Source: Chloroflexota bacterium | GTDB lineage: Bacteria; Chloroflexota; UBA11872 | DNA length: 64,000 nucleotides | Reading direction: 5' to 3' | Assembly: GCA_965263075.1 (NCBI GenBank) | Contig: CBDHGI010000006.1 | Span: 2,900,435-2,964,434, forward strand | Part shown: piece by piece, positions 61,089 to 64,000 of the stretch | Numbering within the stretch: position 1 is the stretch's first letter | Layout: each line of letters starts with the position of its first letter | The notes under the pieces: model-generated | Databases searched by the model: none | What the model was told of the DNA's origin: nothing | What the model saw: only the letters and a program-made list of their open reading frames with translations | Position numbers and translations under genes: made by a program

Positions 61089-61904
61089 CTAGGCCGTGGC
61101 GGGGGTTTGTCGCAGTGGCAGAGTCGTCTTTTCGGAACCCGACTTGGCGCCGCCGAGGTCTCGACCGTGCCCGCGACCCCAGCCGCGGGAGCCGGACTTG
61201 CCGTGTCCCTTGCAGGTGGAACCACCGTCAGCCTGTAACGCTGCTTCAATTCGCTCACGCATGCTCTGACGCAGCTCGTCCGCCTGCTCGGAACTGACGC
61301 GTCCGTTCTCGATCGCCGTGGTCAGCCGTGTCTCGAAAGACGCCATGGCCGCGTCGGTCACCGCCGTCAGGTCGCCTTCGGCTTCCTCGACAATGTCAGC
61401 CAGGCTTTCTTCGTCGGCGAGCTTGGTGCGGATGTCTTCAACCGACACGCTCGTCTGCTCGGACACGATCGCGATCAGACCATGGCTCTTACCGCCCATG
61501 CGGCCGCGACTCTTGCCGCGGAATCCGTCATTCGTTCCTGCCAGCCAGTCGCGTACGCGCTGCTCGGCGGCGGCCTTGTAGTCGTCCACCTGGTCGGACT
61601 CAAGCCGGCCGGCCTCAACAAACGCTTCGACCTTCTCGTCGAGTCCCGTCAGGGCTGCGGTGACCACGGCTTCCAGGTCGCCGCCTTCGGCCTCGATGAT
61701 GTCCGCCAGAGATTCGCCGTCCGCCAGCCGGGCTCGCAGGTCTTCCTGGCTGAGACCGGTCTGCTCTTCAATCGCGGTCGTTACGCTCGACTTTCCGCCA
61801 CCGCGACCAAAGCCGCCATGTGCGAGCACCGCGCTTACCGTCACGGCCGTCAACAGAACGACGGCTGCCACCGCCGCGACGAGAGTCCGAATTTGGGGTC
61901 TCAC
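61089..61904 (-). CDS. Secreted helical protein with two internal repeats and Gly/Arg/His-rich linkers
   Basis: SD AAAGGAGG; signal peptide; twice EQT..S.ED.R..LAD.ESLADI.E...GDL.AV. Confidence 0.8.
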   Translation of the reverse strand: MRPQIRTLVAAVAAVVLLTAVTVSAVLAHGGFGRGGGKSSVTTAIEEQTGLSQEDLRARLADGESLADIIEAEGGDLEAVVTAALTGLDEKVEAFVEAGRLESDQVDDYKAAAEQRVRDWLAGTNDGFRGKSRGRMGGKSHGLIAIVSEQTSVSVEDIRTKLADEESLADIVEEAEGDLTAVTDAAMASFETRLTTAIENGRVSSEQADELRQSMRERIEAALQADGGSTCKGHGKSGSRGWGRGHGRDLGGAKSGSEKTTLPLRQTPATA

Positions 61905-61989
61905 GACGCCTCCTTTCGCAAGCGCTGGCCATTCCGAGGCCAGCACAACGTTTACGAAAGGCAGTGTTGGGGCTGGTGATGGATGCACG

Positions 61990-62016
61990 ATGCACGGCGA
62001 ATGCGAGTTCCGTGCA
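61990..62016 (-). promoter_or_regulatory. Putative OmpR-family operator (three (T/C)GCA(C/T) units, 11-bp period)
   Basis: TGCAC-N6-CGCAT-N6-TGCAT on minus strand. Confidence 0.45.
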
Positions 62017-62038
62017 TTTATCGGAGGTGTGCGGGTCG

Positions 62039-62737
<699 letters not shown>

Positions 62738-62860
62738 GTCAGGCTTGGATACGCCACCGCGTCACACGTAGGTCCTGGTTCGATTCTTACACGCAGTTGC
62801 AGCGCTGCCGGGAAGGAGCGCCGTGACGCAGGCCGCTTTGCAGGGCACCGTCAGGCCATG

Positions 62861-62888
62861 TGCATAAGTCATGCACACGGCGTGCACA
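62861..62888 (+). promoter_or_regulatory. Putative OmpR-family operator (three TGCA(C/T)A units, 11-bp period)
   Basis: TGCATA at 62861, TGCACA at 62872 and 62883. Confidence 0.5.
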
Positions 62889-62947
62889 GCTGGTCAACAC
62901 CCGCACAATTAGATTGTCGCGGTATTGCGCGAGAGGGCGGATGAGGC

Positions 62948-64000
62948 ATGAGCCTGCGCGTGCGTCTCACGCTGGCATTTATCGCGGTGTCGCTGGTGGC
63001 CATCGGAATCGCTGCGCTGTTGATCAATCGTTCCGTTTCCAGCAGCTTTCACCGTTACGCCGCCAACGTGCGCGAGGGCCAGCAAGCGACCGTGGCCGAG
63101 CAGTTGAGTCTGACCTATGCCGCCAGCGGCACGTTTCGCTTGCGCCGTTCCGGCCTTGGGCGCGGGGTTCCCTATCTGGTGGTGGATCCCAACGGCTCGG
63201 TCGTCGGGGGCAACGTCAGCTTGGGGGCGTCCGGCCAGCCCCCGGACCTTGCTCGCTGGCGACTGATTCCCATCAAAGTGGATGGGCAGACTGTGGCAAC
63301 GGCCCACTTCGCCGACATGGGGGCCAGAGGACTACCGCGCGAGGTATTGGCGCCGCTCCGCATTGCCGAGGACGTGTTCCTGGGAGAGATCGGCACCGCG
63401 CTCATCCTCGCGCTCGTGGCCGGCGTTGCGGCTGCCGTGGTCATGGCCGTGTACTTGGCTCGCCAACTCACCCGCCCAATTCGAACTCTGCGCGAAGCCG
63501 CCGAATCCATCGCCCAAGGCGACTTCTCGCAGCGCACGGGCATCCAGCGCAAGGACGACATTGGCGCCCTGGCGCATTCGTTCGACCAGATGTCGGAAAC
63601 ACTGGAACGCAATGAGGAGTCGCGCCGCCAACTCTTCGCGGACATCGCGCATGAGTTGCGAACTCCGTTGGCCGTCATTCGAAGCACCGTGCAGGCGCTG
63701 GGCGACGGGGTGTACAAACCCAGCGCGGCTCACGTTGAGACCGTCATGCGCCGGGTGGACATGCTGACCCAGCTCATCAACGACATTCGCGACCTCTCGC
63801 TCGCCGACGTTGGGCAGTTGCGGCTTGAACGGACGGAGGTCGCCGTTCGCGCTTTGCTGGAGGCGGCCCGCGAACGCCACGCGCCGTTGGCCGCCGAGCG
63901 TGACCTTACGTTGTGGATAGAAGATGACGCGGAAGACTCGGAGCTCATGGTCGACCGGACCCGGATTGACCAAGCGCTCGATAACCTCGTGCGCAATGCG
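62948..64000 (+). CDS. HAMP-domain sensor histidine kinase, BaeS-like (3' partial)
   Basis: MSLRVRLTLAF TM, second TM, HAMP, H-box DIAHELRTPL, N-box QALDNLVRNA at the window edge; absent from the ORF track because it lacks a stop. Confidence 0.92.
   Translation, partial: MSLRVRLTLAFIAVSLVAIGIAALLINRSVSSSFHRYAANVREGQQATVAEQLSLTYAASGTFRLRRSGLGRGVPYLVVDPNGSVVGGNVSLGASGQPPDLARWRLIPIKVDGQTVATAHFADMGARGLPREVLAPLRIAEDVFLGEIGTALILALVAGVAAAVVMAVYLARQLTRPIRTLREAAESIAQGDFSQRTGIQRKDDIGALAHSFDQMSETLERNEESRRQLFADIAHELRTPLAVIRSTVQALGDGVYKPSAAHVETVMRRVDMLTQLINDIRDLSLADVGQLRLERTEVAVRALLEAARERHAPLAAERDLTLWIEDDAEDSELMVDRTRIDQALDNLVRNA

Overview
A GC-rich bacterial chromosomal segment, most likely from a Chloroflexota. 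This is an inference from the ETGH-repeat L,D-transpeptidase, the six PhyH-family dioxygenases and the many catabolic oxidoreductases. It holds about 60 CDS: a few core genes (purE, katG, rfbB, polX, and icd with a 1-nt frameshift), many standalone enzymes, and a divergent OmpR-family response regulator/histidine kinase pair. It also has two tRNAs (Arg-GCG, Cys-GCA). No CRISPR array, rRNA, prophage or intact transposase was seen. Main candidates for undescribed systems: (1) two NYN/PIN RNase genes, each behind a TTGACA promoter, a short structured leader RNA and a terminator-like hairpin, a layout like type III toxin-antitoxin loci; (2) a small conserved protein paired twice with one PhyH dioxygenase subfamily; (3) an NDH-2 fused to a His-containing membrane module that recurs three times in the coupled downstream gene. 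Also noted: a decayed IS481 left end abutting a PhyH start, probable non-canonical start codons, and a near-identical internal Cache-domain duplication. All calls come from motif recognition by eye; no database searches were run.
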